A stretch of DNA of 63,702 nt, filler included, from Octopus bimaculoides (taxonomy: Eukaryota): the NCBI RefSeq assembly GCF_001194135.2. It is 4 parts of 4 records of this genome, joined end to end, with 100 filler letters (N's around TTAATTAATTAA, not from the genome) between each part and the next. Parts side by side here need not be neighbours in the genome. Positions count along the whole stretch, not along the records: positions 59,115 to 61,977 come from NC_068990.1; positions 62,078 to 63,702 come from NW_026416917.1; 2 more parts are not named here. The stretch is one strand, 5' to 3'. Position 1 is the first letter of the stretch; the number at the start of each line of letters is the position of its first letter. The position numbers and the translations under genes are program-made. The notes under the pieces were generated by a model. It searched no databases and had not been told where the DNA came from. It saw nothing but the letters and a program-made list of their open reading frames with translations. This document shows, piece by piece, positions 60,802 to 63,702 of the stretch.

Positions 60802-61814
60802 ATGTATGTACTGACTGGCTCGATTTAGACAATGATTTTACGATGGAGCAGTCACTGCGGATGAGTTTGAAATTTTGCATTCAATGCTAGTCTAGTCCTG
60901 TGATCTGCCTTCGCTTATGACGTGGTTATCTCTCGTGTTAGTTCTTATGGGGTTGTTATCTCTCCTTGCAGTTCTAAAGGCTTTAACTCTTATTTCTAAA
61001 AATATAGGTGCTACCAAGGACCCTCAGTCGCAAATGAAGTTCAGTTCCTGCGGTATTTATCCTAAGATCAAATGTTTTACGAATCAACTTGCTGTACTGT
61101 AAATATGTTAAATGCATCAGCGGTAAACGGAGATTCATCCAAGCAGGAGCTAACGAGATGCAAAGTGCATTTTGGCCTTTTTGAGCTTTTTTTCAATGTA
61201 TACTCGCAGCCAATTGTATTCTCAAAAGAATATGCGTCGGAAACGAGGGATAAAACAATCACTGATTTTTTGAAAACCCATCTGGCTATGTAAAAATCCG
61301 GTATATGCAAATGAAACAGTATCAAATTATAATATCCATCCATATGGATGAGATGTTATCTTAGAACAGATGCAGCAGTAACTAACCAATAAATCGTGTA
61401 CATACATTAAGTGTGTTACACAGATGAGTTACAGATATACGTACATCTATATTTGTGTGTGTATATATACACCTATTTGTGTATAGAGATATACATATGT
61501 TTGTGTATACACACACACATTCACACACATATGTATATATGTTTAACTGCATTGTAGATGTAGAAGAAAAGTTAGAAAATGTCTACGAGACTTCATTTAT
61601 ACCGGAAATGATGGTGTTTCAACTTTACAGTATATCTCCGAGGGATTTCTACGAACAACATACACCTTTGATGAGATTTAGATCGTATGACCACCGGTAA
61701 TTATTTAGCCATTGAAAAATTGGTCTGACCTCCGACTCAATAACAAGTTTCTGAACGTCAAACTCGAGTAAGATCAAAATTCACAACTCTAGAATTTTAC
61801 TGGTATCTGCCTTC

Positions 61815-61879
<65 letters not shown>

Positions 61880-61885
61880 TAATAA

Positions 61886-61977
<92 letters not shown>
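61815..61977. repeat. (AAT)n microsatellite running into a scaffold spacer (61978-62077)
   Basis: Direct inspection. Confidence 0.95.
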
Positions 61978-62433
61978 NNNNNNNNNNNNNNNNNNNNNNN
62001 NNNNNNNNNNNNNNNNNNNNNTTAATTAATTAANNNNNNNNNNNNNNNNNNNNNNNNNNNNNNNNNNNNNNNNNNNNTTGTCTGATTTTCACGATTTATT
62101 TACAATCTTAAGAATATATGATAAGACAATACAATATAATGAAACGATAGAATATCAAATGTCCATTTTGATTGAGCTAGTACTTCCATGCATTAAACTA
62201 TGCAATCTTCAAGTTTATGTAGTAATGGTGACAGTTATGCTTCACAATTTACAACTGTGGCGAGATGACAAAACTCTGTGCCTTAAATACAATTGTATAG
62301 GCTTCAGATTGTTAATTTTTGCAAACTGTATTCTGACAATCAGTATGTTCCTTTAACAAATTACTTAAGCTGATTGATGTTTGGTTTAGACATCACATAT
62401 TGCAACCTTTTCAATAACCATTGACTATATATA

Positions 62434-63060
62434 TTGCGTTGTCCGGAAAGTTCATGCCGATTTATATTAGTTTACCTTTCGACTTATTTTAGAACATGGT
62501 TGAGTCCACAAAATAGGATTTGACTACACCTCCATTTAGAGCACAGTTTAAGCTATATTTTTGTGGAAGAAGGTTTATGTTCCTATAAACTGTGTTAATT
62601 CTGTAACTTTTTAATAGAAGAAAAGAAAGTTCATTTTCGGCACCTGATGCTTTTCTTTTTCCGTAAAGGGAAAAATGCCTCACAAGCAACCAAATAAATA
62701 GGCGCAGTTTACGGTGAAGTTTCTTTATCCGAAAGGAATGTACGGAAGTGTTTCGCAGGGTTTCGAGCTGGAGATTGTAGCCTTATTGATAAAGAGCGAT
62801 CAGGCAGACCATCCACTACAGCTGATGATCAAATCAAGTCATTAATTTAGATTAACCCACATTGCACAACCCGAGAATTGGCAGAAAGCCCCAACTTATC
62901 AAAATCCGTCATTCATGAGTACCTGGTAAATCTTGGGTACACGAATCGCTATGATGTTTGGGTACCACATGAGCTGAGTGAGAAGAAACTTTTGGATTGC
63001 ATTTTCATTCGCTTTATAAACGGAATGAAAACGCGCCTTTTTTAAAGCAAATTGTGACAA
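62434..63060 (+). pseudogene. 3'-truncated mariner element: 5' TIR and N-terminal HTH region
   Basis: TA|ttgcgttgtccggaaagttc TIR; EEKKVHFRHLMLFFFRKGKNASQA...RSGRP...TTRELA...VWVPHELSE...PFLKQIVT, with stop codons. Confidence 0.9.
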
Positions 63061-63239
63061 ATTGTTTGAATGTTTAAATATATATACATATAGACATTCC
63101 TGCGAAATACGATTAGCTCTTAGTTTTCTCAGTTATCATTCATAAATGATGATAGAACGACCACAATCAATGGAGTTAGATTTGGTCTTCTTTATTACCT
63201 TTGGATATTAATTTTCGAGTGAAGTCAAAATTGTTACCA

Positions 63240-63405
63240 TTTCGGACAAAATGCTTTGCAGCGTTTCTGTCGGCTATTCATGTTCTGAGTTCCTTTCCAT
63301 CTGAAGACCACTTTGCCTTTCATATCTCTGAGGTGCTAAAGTCGAATTAGTCGGCTGTCCACTTCCCTCACAAAACAACAACTACTGACCTTGTACCTAA
63401 GCCAG
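63240..63405 (+). mobile_element. Old SINE family B remnant
   Basis: aaaatgctttgcagcg...gttctgagttc...ctttgcctttcat. Confidence 0.55.
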
Positions 63406-63702
63406 GAACAACTTTATAGGCGGCAATCTAGGATTTTAGGACAAAGAATTGCTACGCAGTGTCATATGTAATCATGTATCGTTATATAAAGATGCATCAG
63501 GATATATATACATACACAAACATGCACAGGTATGTGTGTGTGTGTGTGTATGTGTGTGTGCGTAAGTGTACCTGTGTTTGATTGTGTATGAGCGTGCGTG
63601 TATTTATGTAAATGTTTGTATGTATATATAAATATATATATATGTGGGCGGGTTTCTGCTTGTGTGTGAGAATACATGCACATGTGTGCGAGGTTAAACA
63701 TA

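Noticed and set aside
60810-61350. Unique-looking block with short ORFs on both strands
   Set aside because: No recognisable motif, no consistent splice pair, and stops in all frames
44466-63060. The mariner 3' half (44466) and 5' half (62434) as one split element
   Set aside because: Their TIRs match at only about 16/27, the overlapping WVPHEL-region peptides differ, the order is reversed, and scaffold spacers lie between them
84-63701. Most ORF-track entries (poly-YLSI, HT, CV, IY, SL, X-rich)
   Set aside because: They are translations of microsatellites or read-through of N gaps, with no domain signal

Overview
AT-rich, microsatellite-dense animal genomic DNA with about 11 kb (~17%, hand tally) of N gaps. 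The SINE families and repeat landscape resemble Octopus genomes; this is inference from remembered repeat sequences, not a database result. I found no confidently supported host protein-coding gene, only two weak orphan exon candidates (21722-21891 and 36825-37070). Most ORF-track entries are microsatellite or N read-throughs. The recognisable content is transposon-derived: at least four tRNA-derived SINE families, Penelope-like (GIY-YIG) fragments, R4/Dong-like RLE retrotransposon 3' ends, three Tc1/mariner transposase relics, and mariner, Tigger/pogo, hAT and HINE-like non-autonomous elements. The most interesting signal is a set of hammerhead-ribozyme-like motifs. They include a recurring long-stem-II form with a palindromic ACAYGUGU stem III, copies inside two near-spacerless ~270-460 bp palindromes (one arm of one palindrome has lost the ribozyme core), and a tRNA-headed SINE ending in a hammerhead. 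A second signal is an RLE retrotransposon found twice in (CATA)n arrays. Three 44N-TTAATTAATTAA-44N spacers are artificial scaffold joins.
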